Source of the DNA: Basidiobolus meristosporus CBS 931.73
Lineage: Eukaryota; Fungi; Basidiobolomycota
Assembly: GCA_002104905.1 (NCBI GenBank)
Contig: MCFE01000338.1
Location: forward strand, 1 to 64,000
Direction of reading: 5' to 3'
Length of the DNA: 64,000 nucleotides
The first letter of the stretch is position 1. Each line of letters starts with the position of its first letter. Below the pieces are notes generated by a model, which saw only the letters and a program-made list of their open reading frames with translations, was not told the DNA's origin and searched no databases. The translations under genes and the position numbers were made by a program. Positions 38,705 to 50,019 of this stretch are shown here, one piece after another.

Positions 38705-39661
38705 ATGAAGCCTTCTTTACAGTGCTTTACAGCCTTGCTAACGATAGCCTCGGTTTGTTCCCAAGACTTGGCTTCGAGCCTGGGTCTGACCTCTAGCTGG
38801 CAGCCAGCCATCAACTCCGACAATCCGACCGACTCGAAAATCGGCAACTGGAATTTTGTATCGTCAACCAAGGCGTCGCTAGACAACCTGAAAGTGGTCG
38901 TGGACCCAATCACCAACACCACCCAAAAGGTCTATAGCGTATTTTACCCCAAAGATAGTTACAGTTTAAAATCCTCGCCATTAGGTGGTGTCGAATTTTT
39001 CTCCCAGCCATTCGTGGGGCAGAACTTCGACCGCGCCTTACTAAGTTACGAAGTTGGTTTCCCAGCTAGCTTCCAATGGCAGAAAGGCGGAAAGCTTCCT
39101 GGTCTGTTTGGTGGTGATGCTAAACAAGGCTGCACTGGTGGTGAAGTAAGCAATGGCGACAGCTGCTTCTCTGCGCGGTTGATGTGGAGAGAGCGCGGCT
39201 CTGGGGAGGTCTATGCGTATATTCCCAACAGCAAAGACCTCTGCTCCAATCCCCGAGCCACTTGTCGTGACAAATATGGGGTGTCGTTAGGGCAGGGTTT
39301 ACCGTTCAGTCTTGGAGTTTGGAATAAGGTTCAGCTCTATATTCAATTGAACACGCCAGGGAAAAGCAACGGTGTTCTGAAATTGTACCTTAACGACAAA
39401 GAGTGGATGGAGATGTCGGGCATGGTTTTCCGGAAAACTGGAGCATTCGCCATCAACAACGTGCTGTTCAGTACGTTCTTCGGTGGTGGCGACCCCTCTT
39501 ACGCCACACCAGTGGATACCTATACTTACTATCGTAACATCCAACTAAATGTTGGTGACCCGGTACAACTTAGCTCAGGTCACTCCATTCTAGGCACAGG
39601 TCTGCATACTTGGGCATCCCTTCTGTCTGGGTTAGCGGTGTGCTGGTGCTATTTACTTTAG
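38705..39661 (+). CDS. Secreted polysaccharide lyase family 14 (alginate/glucuronan lyase-like), probable GPI signal
   Basis: Signal peptide MKPSLQCFTALLTIASVCS; GGKLPGLFGG, FSARLMWR, EVYAY, FSTFFGG; hydrophobic C-terminus; intronless. Confidence 0.88.
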   Translation: MKPSLQCFTALLTIASVCSQDLASSLGLTSSWQPAINSDNPTDSKIGNWNFVSSTKASLDNLKVVVDPITNTTQKVYSVFYPKDSYSLKSSPLGGVEFFSQPFVGQNFDRALLSYEVGFPASFQWQKGGKLPGLFGGDAKQGCTGGEVSNGDSCFSARLMWRERGSGEVYAYIPNSKDLCSNPRATCRDKYGVSLGQGLPFSLGVWNKVQLYIQLNTPGKSNGVLKLYLNDKEWMEMSGMVFRKTGAFAINNVLFSTFFGGGDPSYATPVDTYTYYRNIQLNVGDPVQLSSGHSILGTGLHTWASLLSGLAVCWCYLL

Positions 39662-40348
39662 ATGATTCAGTTTCATTTTCATTAGTATACCACTACCCTA
39701 CTACCTCACTACCCAATGTAACCTAGTTATCCCTAACTTAATTAAGCGTTTTTGTCTAATACCTGTGCTTGAGCATGTGGAGGTTTAAGCAACATGCAGA
39801 AATAAACTTGGAAACAAACACCATCGGTGGGTTTGATATGTATCACTTCACCAAATATGGGCAACACAGGTCGGTGTGGACAGAGCACGTTGTGATGGAG
39901 CACATGTGCTGAGCCCTAATAACGCTTCAGCCTCATCGTCCATGATCTAACATGGAGGTAAAGCCAAGCTCATGCATTGTAAAATGATCCCTCTTCCGCC
40001 CCTATCAGTCTTGAACAGCGTAATATCGATAATCCGATAACAGACAGGATTATCCAATAATCGAGGGTATGCTGTGACTCACCAAATGTCAACGTTTGAC
40101 ACTGATTTCTTGCGTTACCTTTTGACACTCCATTGCAGATTAAGAGCGATTTCAAATGGCTAGGAAATTATATTGCAATCTAAGTGAGATTGTACTTCAA
40201 TCACATTAGAGGGGGAAGACATACTCAGGAGGCAGTCACGTTTGATTGAGGGGCATCAATAAGGCAAAAGCGGAGTAAGGGATCCGACGCGTATATATAG
40301 CAGCCATCATTCCACCGAGTCAGCATCATTCATATTTTTTCTCTGAAT

Positions 40349-41627
40349 ATGTCCACTCAACAATATAACTCTTATGCGCTACCACTTATCGAGGATGATA
40401 TTTTGGAAGTTATCCGATCCCATGAGCGTGAACGAAAGCTGCTGATGATTCCTGGTAAGCAGGCGGTGGTCATCTGTTTTGAATCTCCACCATTTCTAAT
40501 CTATCTAATGATACACAGGCCCAATCGAATGCCACGAAGATGTCCTTGAGGCCATGCAAACTGGTGCCACTTCACACACTGATCCGAGCTTCATCAATAT
40601 TTTTGGTGAATGTTTGGAAATGCTCCGAGTAGTGTTATATAGCTCTGGCCAGCCATTTGTTGTTTCGGGATCTGGTACCCTGTCCTGGGACATGGTGGCG
40701 AGCAATCTAGTAGAGCCTGGGGAAGACGTGTTGGTCGTAAGCAATGGCTTCTTCGGCGACAAATTTGCCGAGTGTTTAGCCGCTTATGGTGCTAGTGTCA
40801 CCAGCATTGCTTCAATGCCACTTGGATCTACGGTCGCGCTGTCGGAAATTAAAAAAGCCCTTCAACGACGAAAGTTCAAACTTGTTGCCTTAACCCATGT
40901 TGACACAAGCACCGGAGTTATGTTGGATATTCAATCGGCCGCCAGCCTGATTCGTACCATCTCCCCTGAAACCTTGATTGTTGTTGATGGTGTGTGCTCC
41001 GTTGGATGTGAGTCGATTCGAATGGACGACTGGGGTTTGGACATCGTTGTCACCGCCAGTCAGAAAGCAATCGGTGCACCACCAGGGCTGTCACTGTTGG
41101 TGGCCAGCTCACGTGCCATCGAGACGTTCAAAACACGCAAATCACAGCCCCAAAGCTACTTCGCAGCATGGCAGCGTTGGATCCCCATTATGCAAAGCTA
41201 CGAGGCGCGCAAACCATCGTACTTTGCAACACCAGCGGTGCAGCTGGTCATGGCTCTGAACGTAGCCCTCAAAAAGCTACTGAACTACGGGATGGAAAAA
41301 AGTTTTGCAAGACACCAAGAGGTCAGCAATCTGGTCAAGGACACTATCCAAAGTTGGGGATTGGAATTGGTTTCCAATTCGAGGGCCTCTTCTGCAAATG
41401 GCCTGACTGCGGTCTATTACCCAGGCGGTATCCAAGCCACAGATCTGCTACCGAAGATGGCCAAACGCGGTGTAATGATTGCTGGCGGCTTGCACCCAGC
41501 TATCGCTACCAAATACTTCAGAATTGGCCACATGGGGACCTCAGTAATCCAGCCAGATCGACTCCATATAGAAACGTTGCTGAATGCCCTGAAGGACTCT
41601 CTTCGCGAGTGCGGTTTCACTTTCTGA
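40349..41627 (+). CDS. AGX1: Alanine-glyoxylate aminotransferase (class V PLP enzyme), 2 exons
   Basis: LLMIPG|PIE, GSGTLSWD, THVDTSTGV, VVDGVCS, TASQKAIG, YFATP, FRIGHMG. Confidence 0.93.
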
Positions 41628-42391
41628 AAACTCCCCTGTAATTCCATAATATAATGTCAACTCTACTATGAACCGAACAATAAATACTACCGGAAATCAA
41701 CCGAAAATCGAAATGTTTACCACCGTGCAACCGCCCTCTCATACAAACATGAGCATTGACTCCTGAAATGCGCAGTTCCAATTAGAAGTAGTCATGCACC
41801 ATATATATCGATCGCAATGAACCTCTTCCATCGATTTCATGCAGCATCTGTGTAATCTTCGATGGTTATTTTTGTTGCTGAATGATTGGATCGAGTACCT
41901 GATGTATGTATTTTGAGAACGGCCAATGATGCACAGGGATTCCAAGGATACGTGGTGTCATTGGCCGTATATAAATTGCGGTATTTACTTCCATTGTTTA
42001 CACTTGAGGAGTGATCCAGAAGAACATTATCTTTCGGTAACTCTTAATCAATTAAATGTTACATCATCGTTGGAATCCCTTCATTAATCGTAGGATGAGA
42101 CCAGTTAATAGGTTAGGTGTCAAACCAAGGTCACAAATTCGTAATTTTTCCCTGCCTTATTCGTATCCTGATTTAGTCTGACCTGCCAATTGTTTACCTC
42201 TTCACCCCTGTTGCAAAAGCCAGTCGTACAAACGATGTCTTTGTTTTGATTCTGGGCATGGGTGAGGGAATATTTATTGCTCATAGTTTACCACAATCCC
42301 CTTATCCTTGATCCATCCCAGTAAATCAGCAATCCCTTTGACTTTTGTTTACGTTACTGACTTGAGCTTTATTAACCCTGCTGTTCAACAC

Positions 42392-43345
42392 ATGTCTACA
42401 TTTGCCATGTCACGTCCCCTTACACCCAGCTCCAGACATCCCGACCTCAAGGCTTTGTCACCTAAACATCATCGACAATGCTGGACTTTACCTCCTCCTG
42501 ACCGGTCGATATCTGCAAATGGACTTGATTCCAGCTTAACCCTTTCCCCAACCAACCAGAGATATGAACGCAAAGCTCAAACACCCGGAATTCGTCCCAG
42601 TCTGTCGAATAGAGCTTCCTCACCTCACTCGCCAACCAAAGCCGACCTTAAGCTCAATCCCAATTCCCAGAACCTGTACCTGGATCCCAATGTAAGGAAA
42701 GGCCCTTCGGTTCTCTTTAGCCCCGGGAGCCTTGCCCAGAGACTTGAGGCGCAGCCCCCTCTTGCTACCCGACTGATGAGAGATAGTGAAAGACGGGAGT
42801 TGGAGAAAATAGATGTCTTCTCCCCCAAACCACGTGATCGTCGCCCACTTATAGAAGTGACCAGCACCACACCAGTTCGTTTCAACAACGGCGCAGCTCT
42901 CAAGCCCGAAGAAAAATCCGGTGTCCCATCTTCTCCTTTCGTCAAGTGCCTACTTTCCAACACCCCCATCAAGCTGCCAACCAAAATTGCCGTAGAAAGC
43001 CCAGCGTTTGGATTCAACAATCCACCTAAGCTTAGGCGCTTATCAATTACAGCCGATTCCACCCAAGATGCTAAACAGGCATCCGAAGGAAAGCCAAGCA
43101 TGAACCAAGATGCATGCGAAGCCCCAGTTGAGAAGTCCACAAGACCTCTACCAAATGTACATGGCAAGGTCGAATTCGAAGTAGCCAGCTCGCCTATCTC
43201 GCCTTTGAGATATCATGAAATACCCGAGCAAGGAGATAACCAGCATGAGGAGATGTCGAATCTGCTGTCATCTTCTCCGGTTCGGGATATAGAAGAGGAG
43301 GATCCGTTTATGTCCTGCAGTAAGCGTCGAAAGATATCTGAGTAA
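42392..43345 (+). CDS. Uncharacterised Ser/Pro-rich disordered protein with C-terminal basic NLS-like motif
   Basis: Intronless ORF of >300 codons with ATG at 42392; many SP/TP sites; KRRK at C-terminus; no recognised domain. Confidence 0.7.
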   Translation: MSTFAMSRPLTPSSRHPDLKALSPKHHRQCWTLPPPDRSISANGLDSSLTLSPTNQRYERKAQTPGIRPSLSNRASSPHSPTKADLKLNPNSQNLYLDPNVRKGPSVLFSPGSLAQRLEAQPPLATRLMRDSERRELEKIDVFSPKPRDRRPLIEVTSTTPVRFNNGAALKPEEKSGVPSSPFVKCLLSNTPIKLPTKIAVESPAFGFNNPPKLRRLSITADSTQDAKQASEGKPSMNQDACEAPVEKSTRPLPNVHGKVEFEVASSPISPLRYHEIPEQGDNQHEEMSNLLSSSPVRDIEEEDPFMSCSKRRKISE

Positions 43346-43607
43346 TGATTTGCTTCGAGCAGATCGATCCGATCCGCATTGATCGACAAATTCACTGACG
43401 ATTCTTGTAAAATACCTTTTCCCTCGCTGATGTTCATACATGGCCATACGTAAGCAGGCCACACAACCATTATCTGTTCAGAGTACAAATTTATGTTCAA
43501 TATATATATAATCCTTACATAAATTGTAATTAAATAAATCCATCTAAACCACACAGTCTGTGAACGATTTCAGCAAAGTGGGCATTGCCAAGAAATGCTC
43601 AATTTAT

Positions 43608-45165
43608 TTACCGGATGCATATCAAGAAGCAGCCTGCTTCGGGCTGCGATGGAAAGAGATCTGGAACAAAATGGGGTGTACTAGAACAATACGATCTGCT
43701 TTCCTTTGGAAAAGCCGGACAATGCTTTGTCCACGACGTCAGTGAATTTCTTGAGCATATCTTGCTCTTGATCCTGTGGAAGGCACTCGGTGCCTGCTCC
43801 CCAGCTGATTGCTTCGTTGGGGACCTCCTTGAGTTTACCATCTCGCATCATATCAAGTATTTCATCCCACATTTGAGCACGCTCTTCTTTGGAATGCTCC
43901 TTGGACCAGCTGGTCATCCAGAATCCCGTGGCGGTGAGGTTTTTGAAAATGAAGATGGATGTGGGGAATGTCAACGGTTCACGGCTCATACCACCATAGG
44001 TGACCAGGGTGGCATTATTTCTACACAATACGATATGCCGTTAGATTTGAGGAGGCGCCAAGTCTGGACATGCATAGTCTCACCCTAGAAGTCTAGACAT
44101 GTCCGTAGTAGTCTTCCCGCCAACGCAATTCAATCCCAAACGAATAGGGCGACCAATGCTCTTAATTAAATCGCGGGTCTCTTGCTTACGAATATTTGTG
44201 TCGGCAATTACGTGGGTGGCGCCTAAATCCTTGAGCTTCTGTGCAGCTTCCTCGAAATTCTCCTCTGTTGAAAGAGTGTTATCAATCATCGAAGATTGGC
44301 GTAGGATCGGATTAGTCTACCTGTCACGAATAATGTTGATTGTCTTGATCCCACGGGCATGTGCGATTTGGATGACTGCCTGGCCAACTCCGCTGTTGCC
44401 TCCGTTCTGAACAACATAATCCCCTAAGATAGGTGTAAGCAAATGCCACGCTATGCAAGACTTCCGATGAATGCCCACCTTCTTTCAGTTCCACGAAGTC
44501 TTGCAGCATTCTGTAGGCTGTGCAAGGATTCACAGTAAGGGTGGCTGCCTGAATTACTGAGATTCCTTCCTTGGAGATTCGATGGATTTCTTCCGGCTGA
44601 ACGGCGGCGTGGCTTCTCCAAGTACCTTAGAAGTAGAAGGTTGAGTTCCTTTAACACGTATGGTGGAGAAACTCGGTTCCAAGGAGAAGGTTGTACTTAC
44701 CAAAGCCGGGCTTCGACGGGATCACCCAATCTCCGATCTTAAACCCTTTCACATCTGCTCCAACGGCAATCACTTCCGCTACTCCCTCATTTCCTCCAAT
44801 GGCTCCAATACCTGGTCGGAAGATAGGCTTGGCTGGGTAGCTACCTTCAATTTGGTTGACATCCGCTGGATTCACCGGGGCAGCCAGGAATTTGACATGG
44901 AGATCTTTTGAGGAGAGCTCCGGGAGAGGCTCTTGACGAAGCCTATTTATATCTCAATAAACCACGCTCGAAAGTATTAAACGGGGTGGACTTACTTCAA
45001 AACCTCTCTTGGTTTACCATAATCTTCGAAAGCAATGATTTTGGCAAAAGTCTGGTTAAGACGAAGCTGTTGATACTTGAACCGATGGCCGGACAAGGTA
45101 CGGAAAGCCAAAGGGTTTATGGTCGTTAATAAACTTTTCATTTTCGATAACGAGCCCACGTACAT
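43608..45165 (-). CDS. ETR1: Mitochondrial enoyl-ACP/trans-2-enoyl-CoA reductase (MDR family), multi-exon
   Basis: [61 protein letters not shown]. Confidence 0.93.
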
Positions 45166-45524
45166 GCATGCTCTTAATATCGTTGAAATTTGGCCCAAAG
45201 CCACCCAAAATTTCTTCTGCCAATCATATCCTTCGCTGGATGACCAAGCCTACTTTTCAACCCAACTCGCCCATTCTCACGAGAATCATCTCCGAGGATG
45301 TGCGGGATCGGGGAACGAGATATGGAGGCGAAATACCGCTCTCAAATGACGCTGCAGACGATCACTGTACCAATGATGATTACAGCGTGTTGCACCAAAT
45401 CTGCTACAGTTGACACCGTATATAATACGAAATAAGTCACAGCCGATATTTTTCGTGGGATTTATTTCTACATGATTGAAAAGCACTAATAATACAGAGA
45501 AGTGAACCAGTCGCTTTTTTATGA

Positions 45525-47294
45525 TTAGCGGTTCAAAGTGGGAGTAGTGGCTTGGCGGCTAGGTAGACCGTTCACCCTTTGTTTTCTTGATTCATTTAAC
45601 TCAACTGTGTATTTCCAGATATGCTCGTTCAATTCGGTTTGGCCGAAAGCTTTGGGCAACAAGCCTTGCCAAGGTGAGAAGGAACAGCATGTCACCCTGA
45701 GACATTAACTCCTGCCCAGCAGCGTAAGCCTCTTGTCTTCTCTTGACGAAATCTTCTTGCAATACTTGGGAGATGTGCTCAGGTATGTTGTAGTCAGTAT
45801 GACGAAAAGCCATCAGGTAAGCCCGGAACTTCTCCAATAAACATTCATCCACAGCGAATGGAGTCGCTGAGGTTGGCTCTAGCGGGACTACGCAATCCAC
45901 AGGCAAGAATGTTTTGGCATTGGACAAAACGATCAATCCAATGTTCACTGGAAACTTCATCTCGTAATACGGGAAAACGTAGGTCAGCTCCTGCGTCTGT
46001 AAAATCGAGTGCAGCTCGTTAATGTTGCGTACACCGGAGTCATTGAGGTTTCCTTCGTCAAGAGCCGTTTCATCGATCAGCAAGGTAGTCCCATCGGGTA
46101 CCTGGAGCATTCCGGATTTGAGGAACTCATCACTCTTGGGGGTAAATGAATTGTTGTTGAGCAGGCTAAGGGCAAGTGGCAAAGTGTAAAACTTCGGGAG
46201 GACAGATGTCAACACGTTGGCCAGATTGGAGGTGAATGATTTGAGTGGAACGCCACTCGAAGTAGCACCCTCCGGTAACGTATCAGGAACTTTGCAAATA
46301 TTGAGCGACAGATTTCCTAGACAAAGTCCGCTCTTACGTGTGTGAACGTAAGACATGAGCTGAAGCAACAGGAACTCGGCGGCTAGTTGATCACCGCCAA
46401 GAGACGAGGCTAAATATTCAATCAATTTCGAGCGAATACTCTCCGCTTCTTGGCGAAGCTCAGCCACTCGGCTTTCTGGAACGGTCTTTTCGTCGATTTT
46501 GCGGTAGACAATGGTGTGTAGGCATGGAACGGAAGTAGCATCAACGGGACTTTCGTTGACACCAAAGTCGGCATTCATTGTGTTCGGTGTGGCGGTGGAA
46601 GGAGTGGGTGGGGTGTAAACGCCGATGAATTCTACGATTTCTCCCACCTTGGGGCCTTCCTCGTTTCCATAAACCTTGACCAAGACCGGAAGGTGATCTT
46701 CTTGTGGAAAGGGATATCTTGATCGGATATTTGCTGGTGCCTCGTAGGTGTTCCCTCAATAGAAATTGATTGAGTCATCTCGCGAAGCTCTTCAATGCTT
46801 TGATCCTCCGATTTGGAGTTGGTGAACATGGTCTCCGCCTGGTTCTTCGCCCAAGTAGTCTCCCCAGGAATGGTGACGCAGAAAAAGAGTTGCTTCTCGT
46901 CCACGCGGTTATTGGGAGAGTCAAAGTGACGAACGAACTGTTCCGTTTCTTCTTCCAGGTCGACATCGGTAAACCGATGACAGTGATATACTTTTCCTCC
47001 GTTGCTCTTATCCGTAGACTCAAGTACGTCGATAAAGCATTCTTGGCCAAGGCTAGTATCCTGCACCATTCCCCGGAAACGGACCAGGGTGTTTCTCGAG
47101 AGTTGAGTCGTCGTTTGATATGTTAAAGAAGGGATCTGGCGTACTTTCTCCTCCGTGTTGAAGATGGAGTTAAAATACTCGGTGAAGCCACTGCTAGACG
47201 AACTATACTGCCCGTTGCCCCACGCGGCTTCAAAAACCTTTTGTAGCACTTCGAGCGGATTGTTGATGAATTCAAGCGTTTCTGAGGAGACCAT
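45525..47294 (-). CDS. MCMBP: MCM complex-binding protein (MCMBP/Mcb1), with two apparent 1-nt indels
   Basis: LVRFRGMVQD, GGDQLAAEFLLLQL, FTPKS..LKSGMLQ, TTLLIDETALDEGNLNDSGVRN; frameshifts at 46753-46755 (CCC) and 45646-45648 (AAA) restore ...RYPFPQEDHLPVLVKVY and ...FGQTELNEHIW. Confidence 0.9.
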
Positions 47295-47548
47295 ATTGAA
47301 TGTGAGCGGCAAGTGAAAGAGGTTTAGAGTGTAGCTTGTTGAAATAGAAGAACAATAGTGTTGTTTTGATTCTCATTAATGAAAACAAAAACAAATTTTA
47401 AAATTTCCACCACAATTTGGCCTCTATTCACGAATGTGTTAATCACAATTATTCATAACATAAAAAGGGATTTGGTATAGTAGAATAAATCAATCACAAT
47501 ACATTTAATCATCAGATACAGCGTTGTCGATGCAAAGCAGGCAACAGG

Positions 47549-48256
47549 TTACTTTGCTTGAGATTTGAGGGCAACACATTTGTGCTTCTTGTATTCCCAG
47601 TCGATAGGGTCAACGTAATGTCCCTCCCTGAAGCAGTTCTCGCAGTACTTGTCGTTGTCGCACTCAGGGCATTCTACAGTAGCGTCTTCGTTGCATATAC
47701 AGCACCAGTTCTCTTCTTCTTTCAGGTCGGAAATCGACAGGGCTTTTGGTGGCGGGCCCAGGGCCGATTTATTATGTTCTTTTGAGGGAGACGAGACTGG
47801 TGGATTCTCTTTCAGTTCGTTTAAGCGTGTTTGTAGGTCACTATCGACCTTGAGCTCGATATGCTTGTATTTATTATTAAGAGATATTTCTTCGTTGACT
47901 TGGCGAATTAAGGTATCTTCCGCTAAAACATCTCCTGCCAAATCTTCCCTTCCCACAAAGGAGTCCACTACCTTATCAAGTTTGCCGGTATGAGCCGGAC
48001 TCAGATTTGGAACATCAGGTGAGATACCAAACTGCGTAGAGAAATCCTCCTCGCTTAACTCTAGTTCATTTAGTAATCTCTCTACCTCGTCCTGATCCAC
48101 CGCGGAATCCGGAACGGTGAAAGAACTATTCAAGACTACTGGCTTGTGTCCAAATACAGTGTTGAATCTTTTTTGAAGTTCCTCATCAGTTTCTTTGTAG
48201 TCGCCACCCTTCTTGAGACTTGCCAAACGAGCTTCTAGATCTTCGTCCTTCGACAT
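47549..48256 (-). CDS. ZFYVE19/ANCHR-like protein (C-terminal Cys/His zinc module, no FYVE domain seen)
   Basis: DLEARLASLK N-terminus, coiled-coil linker, WCCICNEDATVECPECDNDKYCENCFREGH. Confidence 0.75.
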   Translation of the reverse strand: MSKDEDLEARLASLKKGGDYKETDEELQKRFNTVFGHKPVVLNSSFTVPDSAVDQDEVERLLNELELSEEDFSTQFGISPDVPNLSPAHTGKLDKVVDSFVGREDLAGDVLAEDTLIRQVNEEISLNNKYKHIELKVDSDLQTRLNELKENPPVSSPSKEHNKSALGPPPKALSISDLKEEENWCCICNEDATVECPECDNDKYCENCFREGHYVDPIDWEYKKHKCVALKSQAK

Positions 48257-48459
48257 AAGCAAAGCAATTTGAGGCAGGAATGAAAGTGACTGGAATAATT
48301 TCTAGTGACGTTTAGTATCCGCGAGGGGGGATATATATGGCAAAGTTCACATGATTTAGCCCAAGTTCAGGATTCTCGATTTTTTCCTTATTTTCAAGAA
48401 ACATTTAAATCTAAGAATTCCGGATCAATCCTTTCTTTTGAAAGCACCAAGTTATACCA

Positions 48460-49801
48460 ATGTCACAAACAAAGAGGAAATCTGACGAGGTTGATTATCT
48501 CTTTGACGAGGAGGATGAGGAAGAGCTTGTGCCTATCGAAGAGGATCACTCGAACGTTGATTTGGATCTTAGTAGTTTAGATACCAAGATTTGGCTGGTC
48601 AAGGTGAGGGGGTTTCCCATTTTGCCTGAGAATGCACCCTCGGACAATCTCATTCGAACAATCACCTTTCCTTAGGTCCCAAAGTTTTTGGCGGAGAAGT
48701 GGGATAAGATAGAGGAGGATGGTTTAGACATGGGCAAAGTGAGAATATTTGAAGCGTAAGTTTTATTCCCGTCTTTGCGGCTCTATCAAGTTTAGTGTCT
48801 GTCACCTGCTACAACGATTTCTCTTTAATTTTATGTGCCAGTCCACCAACCACTACTGGACGCCAAAAACCACCCAAAGTAACCCACCCTATCCTGTACT
48901 ATGATATTGTGAGGGCATTCAAACTTACTTGTGACTTTTGTTAGATTTCTCTGTTGATTCCAAATACGCCAACAACAACCGATATTCCTAGAGAGTACAG
49001 CATTCAGATCACCAACCAGCAGGTGCAAAATATGTACGTCTTCAAGGAGGACGGAAAGGCTGGAGGTAAGGGAACTGAGTATATGCGGAATAGGTGTACC
49101 TAATACTCGACTAACCGCATGAGCAGTTGCCGATTCGTTGGCCGGCACTGTACACCATGAGTGCGGAGTGGTACCAGTCTACAACGACGAATACCGCCGT
49201 ATTATGAGAGGCCGTCTGATGCAAGCTGGCAAGCCACAACGCTCGGTCAAAGTGTTGTCCGACAATGACAAGACCGCTATGTTACCAGCAGCACGTGCCA
49301 TGTCTGAATTTCGCGGAAACAGCTTCGTTAGTATCCGGCATGGCTGGGAACCTTTGAAACACTTGATTTACCTCCAAATCTGTTTGTAGAAAAAAGCGAA
49401 GCCCAACCCAGACTCCAAATCCATTCGTATGCCTCGAAACGAGCTTATGGATCTTCTATTCGAAGGCTTCGAGAAATATCCATACTGGACGCTCAAAGGC
49501 ATCATCGAGTACACGAAGCAGCCAGTGGTTAGTGAGCCGGTTCCTGACTTTGCTGATATTGCTTTGCCACTAACTTGGTTGACGTCAGTCGTATCTCAAA
49601 GAAGTGCTCAACGAGATCTGTATTCTCAACAAGAAGGGACCATATACCTCCATGTATCAGCTGAAGCCTGAATTCAAGAAGGCAGGGAAAGAGAAGAAAG
49701 AAGCTGATCAGTCAGGCGACGGCAAGGGCGATGAGCCGAATATTGACGAGGAGTTGGAGATGGATGACGACGACGACGACTTGGAAATGGTGGAGGTGTA
49801 G
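48460..49801 (+). CDS. TFG2: TFIIF beta subunit (RAP30), multi-exon
   Basis: IWLVK|VPKFLAEKW, MYVFKE, GTVHHEC, RMPRNELMDLLF..FEKYPYW, YLKEVLNEI, YQLKPEF. Confidence 0.93.
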
Positions 49802-50019
49802 CCGGACCTAACGATTGCGGAATATTTTCTCTTTGATGCATCTCCCTTCACCAACGTGTAATAGCTGAATTAGGCTACTTTCAGCAATATTAAGGTATGG
49901 GAGACCTGCCTATTTGTGCGAGGATGGGATTATCTCGTTTATTAAGGATGCTACTTGGTCAAAGTCTAATAAAAGAAGAAATCTACATATGTTACATCGA
50001 ATCGACTCCAACCATTCCC

